From contig QCDI01000003.1 of assembly GCA_003280965.1 (NCBI GenBank), positions 1 to 64,000 of the forward strand: 64,000 nucleotides of DNA, written 5' to 3'. This stretch comes from Prochlorococcus sp. AG-355-B18. Its GTDB lineage: Bacteria; Cyanobacteriota; Cyanobacteriia; PCC-6307; Cyanobiaceae. This document shows positions 11,572 through 22,701 of this stretch, in pieces (positions within the stretch are counted from its first letter, which is position 1; the number at the start of each line of letters is the position of its first letter). Both the position numbers and the translations under genes were made by a program. A model generated the notes under the pieces. The model had not been told where the DNA came from and made no database searches. It saw nothing but the letters and a program-made list of their open reading frames with translations.

Positions 11572-11673
11572 CAAGGGATACTGATTTTTTAAGAAAATGA
11601 TGACGAATCGAAGTTTATAAGCAATCCTAGTGAATAGGGAATATTTTACACCTTTATTTTTACCTGAAAATCG

Positions 11674-13041
11674 ATGGCTAAATTCGACGCCCATCTTAAA
11701 TGTTCATTTTGCGGAAAATCACAAGACCAAGTAAGAAAGCTTATAGCTGGTCCTGGAGTTTATATCTGTGATGAGTGCATAGATCTTTGTAATGAAATTC
11801 TCGATGAAGAACTACTTGATAATCAAGCGAACACAAACAACTCCCCGCAAGTAAAAAAGAAATTACCAACCGATAACCCAAAAAAATCTGTTCCTTTAGA
11901 ATTAACCTCAATTCCTAAGCCATTAGAAATTAAAAGTTTTCTAGATAATCAAGTTGTTGGACAAGAATCTGCAAAAAAGATATTATCAGTAGCTGTTTAT
12001 AACCACTACAAAAGATTAGCTTGGAAAGTTAAAGAAGAAAGTAAAAATAACAATTCAACAGATTCACAAGCAACGAAATTACAAAAATCTAATATTTTAC
12101 TCATCGGCCCTACTGGAAGTGGAAAAACATTACTAGCGCAAACTTTAGCTGAGTTTCTAGACGTTCCTTTTGCAGTAGCTGATGCAACGACTTTGACAGA
12201 AGCTGGGTATGTTGGAGAAGATGTCGAAAATATACTTTTAAGACTTCTACAGAAATCAGAAATGAATGTAGAACTTGCTCAAAAAGGAATTATTTATATA
12301 GATGAAATAGATAAAATTGCAAGAAAAAGCGAGAATCCTTCAATTACTAGAGATGTTTCTGGTGAAGGAGTACAGCAAGCATTATTAAAAATGCTTGAAG
12401 GAACAATTGCTAATGTACCGCCACAAGGTGGGAGAAAACATCCTTATCATGACTGCATCCAAATTGATACGAGTCAAATTTTATTTATTTGCGGAGGGGC
12501 TTTTATAGGTCTAGAGGATATCGTTCAAAAGCGCTTGGGTAAAAACTCCATAGGATTTACAACTAATTCTGGTGCAAACAAAGTTGATACAAAAAAAATA
12601 GTAGATCCAAGAGACTCTTTAAAAAATTTAGAGTTAGATGACTTAGTTAAGTATGGACTAATTCCGGAATTTATTGGAAGAATACCTGTTTGCGCCGTAT
12701 TAGATCGTCTTACTAAAGAAACCTTAGAATCTATTCTGACTCAACCGAGAGATGCACTAGTAAAGCAATTCAAAACTTTACTAAGTATGGATAATGTAGA
12801 ATTATCATTTGAGCCTGATTCTGTTGAAGCAATAGCGGATGAAGCATATAAAAGAAAAACAGGTGCAAGAGCATTACGATCAATAATTGAAGAACTAATG
12901 CTTGATATTATGTACACTTTGCCTTCTGAAGAGAATGTAAAAGAATTCACAATTACAAAAAAAATGGTAGAAAATTTATTCTCATCTAAAATTGTTAAAC
13001 TACCTTCAGGATCAAAAAGAGTCATTAAAGAGTCTGCTTAA
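11674..13041 (+). CDS. clpX: Clp protease ATPase subunit ClpX
   Basis: CSFCGK...ICDECIDLC zinc finger, [25 protein letters not shown] loop and IGF loop. Confidence 0.98.
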   Translation: MAKFDAHLKCSFCGKSQDQVRKLIAGPGVYICDECIDLCNEILDEELLDNQANTNNSPQVKKKLPTDNPKKSVPLELTSIPKPLEIKSFLDNQVVGQESAKKILSVAVYNHYKRLAWKVKEESKNNNSTDSQATKLQKSNILLIGPTGSGKTLLAQTLAEFLDVPFAVADATTLTEAGYVGEDVENILLRLLQKSEMNVELAQKGIIYIDEIDKIARKSENPSITRDVSGEGVQQALLKMLEGTIANVPPQGGRKHPYHDCIQIDTSQILFICGGAFIGLEDIVQKRLGKNSIGFTTNSGANKVDTKKIVDPRDSLKNLELDDLVKYGLIPEFIGRIPVCAVLDRLTKETLESILTQPRDALVKQFKTLLSMDNVELSFEPDSVEAIADEAYKRKTGARALRSIIEELMLDIMYTLPSEENVKEFTITKKMVENLFSSKIVKLPSGSKRVIKESA

Positions 13042-13098
13042 AATTAGACTTTAATTGTTGCAATTGAAACCTTAGTAGTTCTAATTAATTAATAATAA

Positions 13099-14862
13099 AT
13101 GCCTAATACACATAAGCCTTTTCATCAAAAATATAGACCAAACAATCTAGATGAATTAGTTGGGCAAAACTTTATATCGATTACTCTAAAACAAGCAATA
13201 TTAACAAAAAAAATTGCTTCTGCATATCTTTTTAATGGACCAAGAGGCACTGGCAAAACATCAAGTGCAAGAATATTCGCAAAATCTTTAAACTGCCAAG
13301 CATTCGAACAACCAACAATAAATCCTTGTGGTAAATGTGATGTATGTAGACAAATTACAGATGGAAACGCTCTAGATATTATCGAGATTGATGCAGCATC
13401 AAATACAGGAGTTGAAAATATAAGAGAAATTATAGAAAGAGCTAGGTTTGCTCCTACTCAAGCCAGATGGAAAGTATACGTTATTGATGAATGTCATATG
13501 CTTTCCACAGCAGCCTCAAATGCTTTACTAAAAACTATTGAAGAACCTCCTTCAAGAGTTGTTTTTATCCTTGCTACGACAAATCCTGAGAGAGTATTAA
13601 ATACAATACAAAGTAGATGTCAAAAGTTTGATTTTAGAAGAATAAGCCCTATTGAAATTTTTCAACATTTATTAGAAATAGCAGAAAAAGAATCCATTCA
13701 GTATGAAGTTCAAGCATTAAAAATGATCGCAAAAAGATCTAATGGAGGAATGAGAGATGCCCAAAGTCTTCTTGAACAACTTAGTCTTCTACCAGAAGGT
13801 ATAACAATTCAAAATATTCAAAACTTACTAGGAGAAGTATCAGAGATTGAAATAACAAATCTTATTAAATCATTAATTCAGAAAAATCCAGAATCATTAA
13901 TAATCACCTGCAACAAATTATATGATGCTGGCAACGAACCTCATCAAATAATTATTGGATTATTAAATACAACAAGAGATCTATTACTGCATACTACAAG
14001 TAATAAATATTCAGATCTTTATAATACTTCTGAAGAATTTCAAGATGAATTAGATAAAATCTCAAAAACAATAGATAAATCAACAATAATTAATTGGCAC
14101 AATAAACTTAGAAATATTGAATATCAAATCAAAACAAGTGATAATCCAAGGCTTTGGTTTGAAATACATTTAACTAGTCTTCTAGATAATCATGAGATAA
14201 ATAGTTTTGAAAAAAAGCAAGTAAATAAAAATATTGCGACTGAAGAAAAGTATAAAAACATAAAAAATAAGGAAAACATTAATAACGAAAATATTTCTAA
14301 TGAAATCCAAAAACCAAGCTTCAAAGAGGATGTAACCAGCAATGAATTGATTTTAAAAAAAGACGAAAAATTAGAAAACTCTTATGGTCTTGGAAAAGAT
14401 AGTATGAGCAATATTTCTGATAAGCACCAAAATGATCTTAGAGAAAATAATTTAAAAGATAAATGGGAATTAATTCTCTCCAAATTAGAGTTGCCATCTA
14501 CAAGGATGTTACTCTCACAACAAGCTGAACTAGAAAGTTTCGATTCTGAAAAAATCACAATTTCCTTATCTCCAAACTGGGAAAACATGATTAAAAGCAG
14601 AAAAGTTATAATTGAAAATACAGTAAAAAAGATATTTGGAGATCAAATAATACTTAATTTTTCTACTAAACAAATAACTAAAAGTAATCCAACAAACCCC
14701 CCAGAATTAACCCAAAATGAAGTAAAAAATTTGAACCCAATAAAAAAAATAGAACCAAAAACTAATTTATCGCCAAAAATATCTAACGAGGAAAATTATG
14801 ATGATAGTTCAAAAAACTTAGCAAATTTTTTTAATGGAGAAATTATAGACCTTGATGAATAA
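13099..14862 (+). CDS. dnaX: DNA polymerase III subunit gamma/tau
   Basis: KYRP, GPRGTGKTS, PCGKCDVC zinc site, EIDAASN, IDECHML, SRC and GGMRDA; low-complexity linker after about residue 370. Confidence 0.96.
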   Translation: MPNTHKPFHQKYRPNNLDELVGQNFISITLKQAILTKKIASAYLFNGPRGTGKTSSARIFAKSLNCQAFEQPTINPCGKCDVCRQITDGNALDIIEIDAASNTGVENIREIIERARFAPTQARWKVYVIDECHMLSTAASNALLKTIEEPPSRVVFILATTNPERVLNTIQSRCQKFDFRRISPIEIFQHLLEIAEKESIQYEVQALKMIAKRSNGGMRDAQSLLEQLSLLPEGITIQNIQNLLGEVSEIEITNLIKSLIQKNPESLIITCNKLYDAGNEPHQIIIGLLNTTRDLLLHTTSNKYSDLYNTSEEFQDELDKISKTIDKSTIINWHNKLRNIEYQIKTSDNPRLWFEIHLTSLLDNHEINSFEKKQVNKNIATEEKYKNIKNKENINNENISNEIQKPSFKEDVTSNELILKKDEKLENSYGLGKDSMSNISDKHQNDLRENNLKDKWELILSKLELPSTRMLLSQQAELESFDSEKITISLSPNWENMIKSRKVIIENTVKKIFGDQIILNFSTKQITKSNPTNPPELTQNEVKNLNPIKKIEPKTNLSPKISNEENYDDSSKNLANFFNGEIIDLDE

Positions 14863-14863
14863 A

Positions 14864-16165
14864 TTAAACTCCAGTATGAATAGTTTTTCGCCAAAGTATC
14901 TTTTTAGGAAAAATAGACATCTTGATTGTTACCCAGGGTATTACTAGAAACCAATGTGATAAATAAAAAACCGATAGAAATACCATCAAAAAATTGCTTT
15001 TTTGCAATACGGGTACTTCGCTTTTGCAAGAAGAACCGTACCAAAAAGCAATGCCAGATAACATAAAAGCAGTGAATGAAATAGGCCAGTAAATTGGTGA
15101 ATGGAAAAAAACAATACTGAAAACTAAATCAAAAATAGAAGTGATTGGCAGTGCATACTGCAAGATGAAGAAGTAAGTTAAATCAAATTTTTGCAAATAA
15201 TCAATTTTATTAGTTACTAATTGATCCCCATAATCGAAGAATCTTTGCAAACCCCCCTCTGCCCATCTTTGCCTTTGCGCTAATAAAGCATTTAAATTCT
15301 CAACTGCTTCCTCCATGACTGGAGGATCCCATAAGATTCCAATTTTAGATTTTGATAGTAATAATCTTAAACTCAAATCAAGATCATCTGTAACCGTATC
15401 TTCATTAAAAGAACCACATGCCAATAATGTATCTTTCTTTATTAATTGGCCATTTCCCCTTAATTCAGACACTCCAGCAACTGATAATCTTCCATATTGA
15501 AAGATTGCGTCCATAGCCATCTCCATTGACTGACATGAAGTTAAAAAATTCTTACTTACATTTGTTACTGATTTTCTTAGTTGAACTGCAGACCAATCAC
15601 CCTCTACTACAAAACTAAATAACCTAATCAAAGAATCTTGTTTTAGTTCAGCATCAGCATCCAAAACCAATAACCATTCACCGTGAGTAAACTTCAAGGC
15701 ATAATTTAAAGCTCCTGACTTGCCTCCTCCTGCATTTGGAGAACGACTTACAACTTGTAGCTTTTCATATTGTCTAGATAATCGATTTAAAATTAAAGGC
15801 GTCTTATCAGAACTACCATCATCGATTATGTAAATATTTAATTTATTTGTTGGATAATCTAAATTAAATAATCTTTCAACTAATCTGGCTATAACATTTT
15901 CTTCATCTCTAGCTGCGACTAAAATATCCAGCATAGGCAGCTCTTTATCGGTAATTCTGCTGCTTACGATATTTGAAACGTTATTCCTTTTTAAATTTCT
16001 AGAAATAACTATTAAACCGTAAAAAACAGTCACAAAAGAAAGAGTCAATATTAAGTAAAATAGATTTTCGATATTGTACGCATGAGGAATAAAAGCTAAT
16101 AAAAAACAAGCACTAAGAAATATAAACGACTTTAATCTTCGATTTTTATAAAAACCCTTACTCAT
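14864..16165 (-). CDS. Membrane GT2 glycosyltransferase, probably monoglucosyldiacylglycerol synthase (MgdA-like)
   Basis: DDGS, GKSGALN, LDAD, TDD and QRQRW (D,D,D,QxxRW) motifs with N- and C-terminal TM helices. The MgdA assignment is inferred from architecture. Confidence 0.8.
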   Translation of the reverse strand: MSKGFYKNRRLKSFIFLSACFLLAFIPHAYNIENLFYLILTLSFVTVFYGLIVISRNLKRNNVSNIVSSRITDKELPMLDILVAARDEENVIARLVERLFNLDYPTNKLNIYIIDDGSSDKTPLILNRLSRQYEKLQVVSRSPNAGGGKSGALNYALKFTHGEWLLVLDADAELKQDSLIRLFSFVVEGDWSAVQLRKSVTNVSKNFLTSCQSMEMAMDAIFQYGRLSVAGVSELRGNGQLIKKDTLLACGSFNEDTVTDDLDLSLRLLLSKSKIGILWDPPVMEEAVENLNALLAQRQRWAEGGLQRFFDYGDQLVTNKIDYLQKFDLTYFFILQYALPITSIFDLVFSIVFFHSPIYWPISFTAFMLSGIAFWYGSSCKSEVPVLQKSNFLMVFLSVFYLSHWFLVIPWVTIKMSIFPKKILWRKTIHTGV

Positions 16166-16192
16166 AAAAGTAAATTTTTAATTACTTAACTT

Positions 16193-17731
16193 TCATTGAG
16201 ACAATTTCTCAATTTTTTTTAGTTTTGCATCTCGATAGTAATGATCCAATATTTTTTCATAAGAGAATCCTAATTTAGCCATTTCAATTGCTCCCGACTG
16301 AGATAAACCTACACCATGACCGAAGCCTCCTCCTCTCAAAAGCCATAAATCATCACTTAATTTATTAATAGTAAACAAATTACTAGGTATAAAATTAAAT
16401 ACCCTTCGTATATCATCTTTAACTAGAATAATAGATTTATTAACTTGATTTGTTTGTATTTCTAATTTTGTCACTCTGCCACTATTACCACGTTCAATAG
16501 AATTTAAACCCAAAACATCATCATTAATATTTATAAGTTTGTTTTTAAGTAACTTTTCTTTAATTTCAAGTCTAGAAATTTTCTTATTCCATCGAAAAAG
16601 AGAATGATTACTCCCATAAAACTGTTCTTTATCAAAATCTAAAAAATTATTTAAATCAGATTCATTTTTAATTGGAAGTTTAAAAATTTTATTTAGTGAT
16701 TTAGAACCGTCTATGACTGAATTGAAATAAGAATAATCTTGAATTTGCCAAGACTCTCCTGCAGTAGCAGATACACCACCATTAGAACCATGGTAAAAAG
16801 CATTTATTGGTTGATTTCCATAAGTGAGAATCAAATTCGAAGTTGCTTCTATAGCTATTTGTACTTTTTTATTTGTAATTTTAAAAGGCTTATAAACTTG
16901 ACATTGAGTGCTTATACATAAGTGATATTTATCCATATTAAATCTATCAGAATTATAAATTCCCCAAGTTCTTGCAATAACTGCTTGTGCCTTCAGTGCC
17001 TCTAAAGGAGAATTCGGTCCAATTTCGTATGGCAAAACGCCAGCCAAATAATCATCAAACTCAATTTTCTGTACTAATGTCCAAGTTCCATATGAATCTT
17101 TTATTAAATAGAATTTTTTGCCAAAATTAACACCATTTATTTTTATTTCTTCTTTAGCATAAATATGTATAGGTCCTTCGAGTTCCATAACACTATATTC
17201 ACTTCTTAGAACAGGAGTAATTTGAAAATTTTTTATTTTTCTTACAAACTTATTCTCAAATTCAAACTCTGGAAGATCATCTTCGAATGGAATCCATACT
17301 TCCCAATTTTTAGGATAAGCAACAGTCGTCTCAAATCCTTTGTCTTTAAGTTTCTCTGCTTGTTTTTTTGCTGATTCATAACTTGCAAAAGGACCAAAAA
17401 CAATTCTTTCAATTGCTTTTGGATTTTTGATGGGTATATCCACCCAGGTAATATTAATCTCTTTTGATTTATGCTTAATACCGTTGGACGATATCAGATT
17501 TATAAAGCCTTTATCTGTGATAAAATTAATTTTCTTTTTCTTAGAAAAACTATCATTTTCCCCACCTAGATATTGCTTTAAACCAATTAAAAATTTTCCT
17601 TTTTTAATTTCAGTATTAAGTTCAATTTGAAGCAATTCTTCTGCTTTTAACTTAAAAGGAAATTTAGTATTAATTATTAAAAGAGAAATGCAGCCTAAAA
17701 ATAAGTTTAAAAAGGCAAATTTAAGTTTCAT
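16193..17731 (-). CDS. SpoIID/LytB-domain peptidoglycan hydrolase with signal peptide
   Basis: YLAGVLPYEI, EALKAQAVIART, CQVY, GGGFGHGVGLSQSGA and ILDHYY. Confidence 0.9.
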   Translation of the reverse strand: MKLKFAFLNLFLGCISLLIINTKFPFKLKAEELLQIELNTEIKKGKFLIGLKQYLGGENDSFSKKKKINFITDKGFINLISSNGIKHKSKEINITWVDIPIKNPKAIERIVFGPFASYESAKKQAEKLKDKGFETTVAYPKNWEVWIPFEDDLPEFEFENKFVRKIKNFQITPVLRSEYSVMELEGPIHIYAKEEIKINGVNFGKKFYLIKDSYGTWTLVQKIEFDDYLAGVLPYEIGPNSPLEALKAQAVIARTWGIYNSDRFNMDKYHLCISTQCQVYKPFKITNKKVQIAIEATSNLILTYGNQPINAFYHGSNGGVSATAGESWQIQDYSYFNSVIDGSKSLNKIFKLPIKNESDLNNFLDFDKEQFYGSNHSLFRWNKKISRLEIKEKLLKNKLININDDVLGLNSIERGNSGRVTKLEIQTNQVNKSIILVKDDIRRVFNFIPSNLFTINKLSDDLWLLRGGGFGHGVGLSQSGAIEMAKLGFSYEKILDHYYRDAKLKKIEKLSQ

Positions 17732-17822
17732 AAATTAGAACTTTCCTTATCAATTAAAAACTTTAATTTGCACCAATGCATATAAAGGTTTAGATTATCC
17801 TAATTAAACACATTTGACTTAA

Positions 17823-18020
17823 ATGTCTAAACTAAAAACTCGTAAATCAGCTGCCAAAAGATTTAAAGCTACTGCGACGGGTAAATTCATGAGAAGAAGA
17901 GCTTTCCATAATCATTTACTTGATCATAAAAGCTCAAAATTAAAAAGACATCTATCAACAAAAGCCGTAGTTGATGAAAGAGATGCTGATAATGTAAAAT
18001 TAATGATTCCATACGCATAA
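17823..18020 (+). CDS. rpmI: 50S ribosomal protein L35
   Basis: [21 protein letters not shown]; lies immediately upstream of rplT. Confidence 0.98.
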   Translation: MSKLKTRKSAAKRFKATATGKFMRRRAFHNHLLDHKSSKLKRHLSTKAVVDERDADNVKLMIPYA

Positions 18021-18048
18021 ATCTTTAACCAATTTTTATTAGATATTC

Positions 18049-18396
18049 ATGGCACGGGTAAAAAGAGGCAACATAGCCAGAAAAAGAAGAAACAAAATCT
18101 TAAATCTTGCAAAAGGTTTTAGAGGCGGCAACAAAAATCTTTTCAGAACCGCAAACCAAAGAGTGATGAAAGCTCTTTGCAATGCTTATAGGGATAGAAG
18201 AAGAAGAAAAAGAGATTTTAGAAGACTTTGGATCTCTAGAATTAACGCATCTGCGAGGATAAATGGAACAAACTATAGCAAGTTAATAAATGGGATGAAA
18301 AATGCAGAAATTATCATCAACAGAAAAATGCTTGCTCAATTAGCATTAAATGATCCTAAGTGTTTTGAAAAAATTGTTTCTTCCGTTAGTAAGTAG
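18049..18396 (+). CDS. rplT: 50S ribosomal protein L20
   Basis: [29 protein letters not shown] and [10 protein letters not shown]. Confidence 0.98.
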   Translation: MARVKRGNIARKRRNKILNLAKGFRGGNKNLFRTANQRVMKALCNAYRDRRRRKRDFRRLWISRINASARINGTNYSKLINGMKNAEIIINRKMLAQLALNDPKCFEKIVSSVSK

Positions 18397-18431
18397 AAAA
18401 AAGAATATAATCTAATAGAGTAATTTAAATA

Positions 18432-18989
18432 ATGGAAATATCTTCCTTTCAATCTTATTTAATAATTCTTTTTGTTGTATTAATAATAATTTCTATTTTT
18501 GTATTCAGACAATTTCTAAAAACAAGAAGTGAAGAATTAAATTTAGTAAAATTCGAGCAGAAAGGTTTAGATTCTCTAACTCAACCTACAGAATTATATG
18601 AATTTGGGTCTATTCAGATAAAAAAAAGATTATATTCTGAAGCTACTAAAACTTTTTTAAAAGCAATTGAAAATTATGAAAATGAACCTGATGAAGCCAA
18701 AGCGATAATAAATAATGCTTTAGGATTTTCTTATGCTGCTCAAAATGAATTTAAGAAAGCAATTAAACACTATAAATCTGCAATAAAATCACTTCCAGAA
18801 TATCCTATAGCCCTAAATAACCTCGCATCAGCACAACAGCGTTTACTTGAGTACGACTTGGCATATGAAACTTATCAAAAGGTTTTGGTTATAGATCCAA
18901 AAAACAAAACAGCAATTAAAAAAAGTAAGGAGTTAGAAAAAAGAAACAATTATGAACCTTATAAAGGTATCAAAGACAAGGGATTCTAA
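18432..18989 (+). CDS. ycf37: Membrane-anchored TPR protein, Ycf37-like photosystem I assembly factor
   Basis: N-terminal TM helix followed by TPR repeats ([21 protein letters not shown]); rplT-thiG context. Confidence 0.75.
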   Translation: MEISSFQSYLIILFVVLIIISIFVFRQFLKTRSEELNLVKFEQKGLDSLTQPTELYEFGSIQIKKRLYSEATKTFLKAIENYENEPDEAKAIINNALGFSYAAQNEFKKAIKHYKSAIKSLPEYPIALNNLASAQQRLLEYDLAYETYQKVLVIDPKNKTAIKKSKELEKRNNYEPYKGIKDKGF

Positions 18990-18991
18990 AT

Positions 18992-19786
18992 ATGGAAAAT
19001 TATTCTTCTTTACTAATTGGTGGAAAACAATTTTCCAGTAGATTAATGGTAGGTACTGGCAAATACAAATCTACTCAAGATATGGTGGAAAGTTTGTCAA
19101 ATTCTGAAACGGAAATTATAACCGTCGCTGTTAGAAGAATTAAAAATGTTCAGACCGGAGAAAATTTACTAGAAAAGATCAACTGGGAAAAATACTGGAT
19201 GCTTCCTAATACAGCTGGTTGTGTTAATTCCGATGAGGCAGTCAGAATAGCAATTTTAGGTAGAGAACTTGCAAAATTATCTGGTCAAGAAGAAAATAAT
19301 TTTGTGAAGTTAGAAGTTATTCCTGACAAAAAGTATTTGCTACCAGATCCAATAGAAACTCTTAAAGCAGCCGAAATTTTAATAAAAAAGGGTTTCGCTG
19401 TACTACCTTATATTAATGCAGATCCTATTCTTGCAAAAAGACTAGAAGAAATAGGTTGCGCAACTGTAATGCCGTTGGGCTCTCCCATAGGCTCCGGGCA
19501 AGGTTTGTTAAATTTATCAAATATAAGGATTATTATTGAGAATGCAAAAGTGCCAGTAATAATCGACGCAGGCATTGGGGTGCCTAGTGAAGCTTCTCAA
19601 GCTATGGAAATTGGAGCTGATGGTGTTCTAATCAATAGTGCAATAGCGCAAGCTGCAAATCCTCCTCTGATGGCTCAAGCGATAAATTATAGTGTGAAAG
19701 CTGGCAGGCAAGCTTTTCTGGCAGGAAGAATTAAAAAACAAGACTTTGCAGTAGCAAGTTCGCCGGAAGAAAATATACCTATCTAA
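18992..19786 (+). CDS. thiG: Thiazole synthase
   Basis: [35 protein letters not shown] and IDAGIG. Confidence 0.97.
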   Translation: MENYSSLLIGGKQFSSRLMVGTGKYKSTQDMVESLSNSETEIITVAVRRIKNVQTGENLLEKINWEKYWMLPNTAGCVNSDEAVRIAILGRELAKLSGQEENNFVKLEVIPDKKYLLPDPIETLKAAEILIKKGFAVLPYINADPILAKRLEEIGCATVMPLGSPIGSGQGLLNLSNIRIIIENAKVPVIIDAGIGVPSEASQAMEIGADGVLINSAIAQAANPPLMAQAINYSVKAGRQAFLAGRIKKQDFAVASSPEENIPI

Positions 19787-19954
19787 TTCTCTAAATTGAG
19801 AAAAGTTTAAAAAAAGTAAAAATTTATTATTTGCTTTTATTTATCGTATTAAGAAAAAAGATTTGAAACTATTTACAATGTTTTTTCGCAAAGTGGAAGC
19901 ACGCTGTAGTAATTTAATAAATATATTATGAATCTTTTAATTCTGGAGTTCTGA

Positions 19955-21148
19955 GTGAAAGTTATTGTTCTAGGTGGAGATGGTTTTTGCGGTTGGCCTT
20001 GTGCGGTGAATTTAGCAGAGCAAAATCATGATGTAATTATTGTCGACAATTTAAGTCGTAGAAAAATTGATATTGATCTAGAAGTAGAATCTTTAACTCC
20101 AATTTCTTCAATAACAGAACGACTTTCTGCATGGGAAGAGACTGGAGGCAAGCCTATGAGATTTCTTAACATGGATATCTCTAAGCAATATCAAAAATTA
20201 CTCAACTTGCTCATTGATGAAAAACCAGATTCCGTGATCCATTTTGCAGAACAAAGAGCAGCACCATACTCGATGAAATCGAGTTTTACCAAAAGATATA
20301 CAGTAGATAATAATGTTAATGGCACCCACAACCTACTTGCTGCGATAGTAGAGAGTAATTTAGATATTCATGTTGTTCATTTAGGAACAATGGGAGTCTA
20401 CGGATATGGATCACATAGAGGTGCAACAATTCCAGAAGGTTATCTAAAAGTTGAAGTTCCACAACCTGATGGAAGCCGCTTTGAAGAAGAAATATTACAC
20501 CCTGCAAGCCCAGGTAGTGTCTACCATATGACTAAAACTTTAGATCAATTATTATTTCTTTACTACAACAAAAATGATCTTGTAAGGATCACTGATCTTC
20601 ATCAAGGCATTGTTTGGGGAACAAATACAGAAGCAACTTTAAAAGATCCTAGATTGACAAACCGATTTGACTATGACGGAGATTATGGAACTGTTTTAAA
20701 CAGATTTCTAATGCAAGCTGCAATTGGATATCCATTAAGTGTTCATGGAACAGGAGGGCAAACAAGAGCCTTTATACATATAAAAGACTCTGTAAAATGC
20801 GTACAACTTGCTCTTGAAAATCCTCCAAAATCTGGAGAAAGAGTCAAAATCTTTAATCAAATGACTGAGAGTCATCAAGTTGGAGAACTAGCTAAAAAAG
20901 TTGCTTCTCTAACTGGAGCTGATATCAATTATTTACCAAATCCAAGAAATGAAGCAGTAGAAAATGATCTAATTGTTGATAATAAATGCTTTATAGAATT
21001 AGGTTTAAACCCTACTACTCTTGATAATGGCTTATTAGAAGAAGTTGTTGAAGTTGCTAAAAAATACTCCAATAGATGTGATCTTAATCGCATACCTTGT
21101 GTTTCATCCTGGACAAAAAAACAAGCTGAGGCTATAAAGACTAATTAA
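19955..21148 (+). CDS. sqdB: UDP-sulfoquinovose synthase
   Basis: LGGDGFCGWP, HFAEQRAAPYS, LGTMGVYG, YHMTK, TDLHQGIVWG and RFDYDG. GTG start with GGAG upstream. Confidence 0.95.
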   Translation: MKVIVLGGDGFCGWPCAVNLAEQNHDVIIVDNLSRRKIDIDLEVESLTPISSITERLSAWEETGGKPMRFLNMDISKQYQKLLNLLIDEKPDSVIHFAEQRAAPYSMKSSFTKRYTVDNNVNGTHNLLAAIVESNLDIHVVHLGTMGVYGYGSHRGATIPEGYLKVEVPQPDGSRFEEEILHPASPGSVYHMTKTLDQLLFLYYNKNDLVRITDLHQGIVWGTNTEATLKDPRLTNRFDYDGDYGTVLNRFLMQAAIGYPLSVHGTGGQTRAFIHIKDSVKCVQLALENPPKSGERVKIFNQMTESHQVGELAKKVASLTGADINYLPNPRNEAVENDLIVDNKCFIELGLNPTTLDNGLLEEVVEVAKKYSNRCDLNRIPCVSSWTKKQAEAIKTN

Positions 21149-21174
21149 AATTTTAAAATAGTTACCTTAAGAAA

Positions 21175-22308
21175 GTGAAAATTGCATTGTTTACTGAAAC
21201 TTTTTTACCTAAAGTTGACGGCATAGTCACAAGACTGACTAAAACAATTGAATTTTTAATAAAAAATGGTGATGAAGTTATAATTTTTTGTCCAGAGGGG
21301 TGTCCAGAATCATATATGGGGGCAACTGTAGTGGGAGTTGCTGCAATGCCATTACCCTTATACCCAGAGTTGAAGCTTGGTTTACCAGGTCCTGCAGTCT
21401 CAGATAAGTTAGAAAAATTTAACCCAGATTTGATACATGTTGTTAATCCAGCTGTACTTGGCTTAGGTGGCATATGGTTGGCGAAAACTAATAATATTCC
21501 TTTAATTGCTAGCTACCATACTCATCTTCCGAAATATCTGGAACATTACGGTATGGGTATGCTAGAGCCACTTTTGTGGGAATTACTTAAAGCAGCTCAT
21601 AATCAAGCCTTGTTAAATTTGTGTACTTCCACCGCTATGGTCAATGAATTAAAAGATAAAGGTATTCAAAGGACTGCTCTTTGGCAAAGAGGAGTAGATA
21701 CTTACAGTTTCAGACCAGATTTAAGAAGTGAGAAAATGAGAGATAAATTATTTGGAAAATATAAAGAAGCTAATTATTTATTGATTTATGTAGGAAGATT
21801 ATCAGCAGAAAAACAAATTGAGAGAATTAAACCAGTCTTAGAAAGTATCCCTAATGCTTGTCTAGCACTTGTAGGTGACGGACCGTATAGAAACCAGCTT
21901 GAAAAAATCTTCGAAAATACCAAGACTAATTTCATAGGATATTTATCTGGTGATGAGCTTGCTAGCGCCTATGCCTCTGGAGATATATTTTTATTTCCCT
22001 CTAGTACGGAAACACTTGGGTTAGTTTTACTAGAAGCAATGGCCGCAGGATGTCCAGTTATCGGAGCCAACAAGGGGGGGATTCCAGATATAATTAGCGA
22101 TGGGATTAATGGTTGTTTATATGATCCAGATGAAAAAGATAATGGGATACAAAGTTTGATTGAAGCAACAAAAAAAATTCTAGAGGATGAAGATAAAAGA
22201 GAAATTATGAGAAAGGAGGCACGAAAGGAAGCAGAAAAATGGGATTGGAATCAAGCAACGTTACAACTGCAAAATTATTATTCAGATACGCTCAAAGAAA
22301 TAGATTAA
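21175..22308 (+). CDS. sqdX: Sulfoquinovosyltransferase (GT4)
   Basis: FTETFLPKVDGIV, ASYHTH, YVGRLSAEK and STETLGLVLLEAMAAG; directly downstream of sqdB. Confidence 0.92.
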   Translation: MKIALFTETFLPKVDGIVTRLTKTIEFLIKNGDEVIIFCPEGCPESYMGATVVGVAAMPLPLYPELKLGLPGPAVSDKLEKFNPDLIHVVNPAVLGLGGIWLAKTNNIPLIASYHTHLPKYLEHYGMGMLEPLLWELLKAAHNQALLNLCTSTAMVNELKDKGIQRTALWQRGVDTYSFRPDLRSEKMRDKLFGKYKEANYLLIYVGRLSAEKQIERIKPVLESIPNACLALVGDGPYRNQLEKIFENTKTNFIGYLSGDELASAYASGDIFLFPSSTETLGLVLLEAMAAGCPVIGANKGGIPDIISDGINGCLYDPDEKDNGIQSLIEATKKILEDEDKREIMRKEARKEAEKWDWNQATLQLQNYYSDTLKEID

Positions 22309-22323
22309 ATTTGATCTAAATTA

Positions 22324-22572
22324 TTATGCTACGTGTGGGGGAGTAGGATTACTATATGAACTTAAAGGAAGTATTAGAGTAGCTATATTTTGATTCTTTT
22401 CAGGCCTTTTTTTCTTTGAGAATTTTTTGCCAAAAGGTACTCTTATAACATTAGTCCCCTCAATGGAACAAATATTTGAGTTATCTCCAGAAAGATTATT
22501 TACAAAATTTGGTAAATTGACGTTTTTAACTGGCAGTTGCTTAACATTACCAGATTTAAAATCTTTGGTCAT
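22324..22572 (-). CDS. Hypothetical 82-aa protein
   Basis: ATG-initiated ORF filling the gap between sqdX and gcvP; no recognisable family. Confidence 0.6.
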   Translation of the reverse strand: MTKDFKSGNVKQLPVKNVNLPNFVNNLSGDNSNICSIEGTNVIRVPFGKKFSKKKRPEKNQNIATLILPLSSYSNPTPPHVA

Positions 22573-22701
22573 AGCTTCAAATACCCCAAAAAATTTGATG
22601 CTCGAATATTTTAATAAAAAAATTTAAAAAAATTCTATAAGAAAATATTAAATTTTTATTCACATTGATAATAACTTAGTAAATACAGGGACGCTAGTGC
22701 T

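Noticed and set aside
19878..19931. 17-codon ORF upstream of sqdB (MFFRKVEARCSNLINIL)
   Set aside because: No ribosome-binding site or attenuator structure is visible, and the length is expected by chance.
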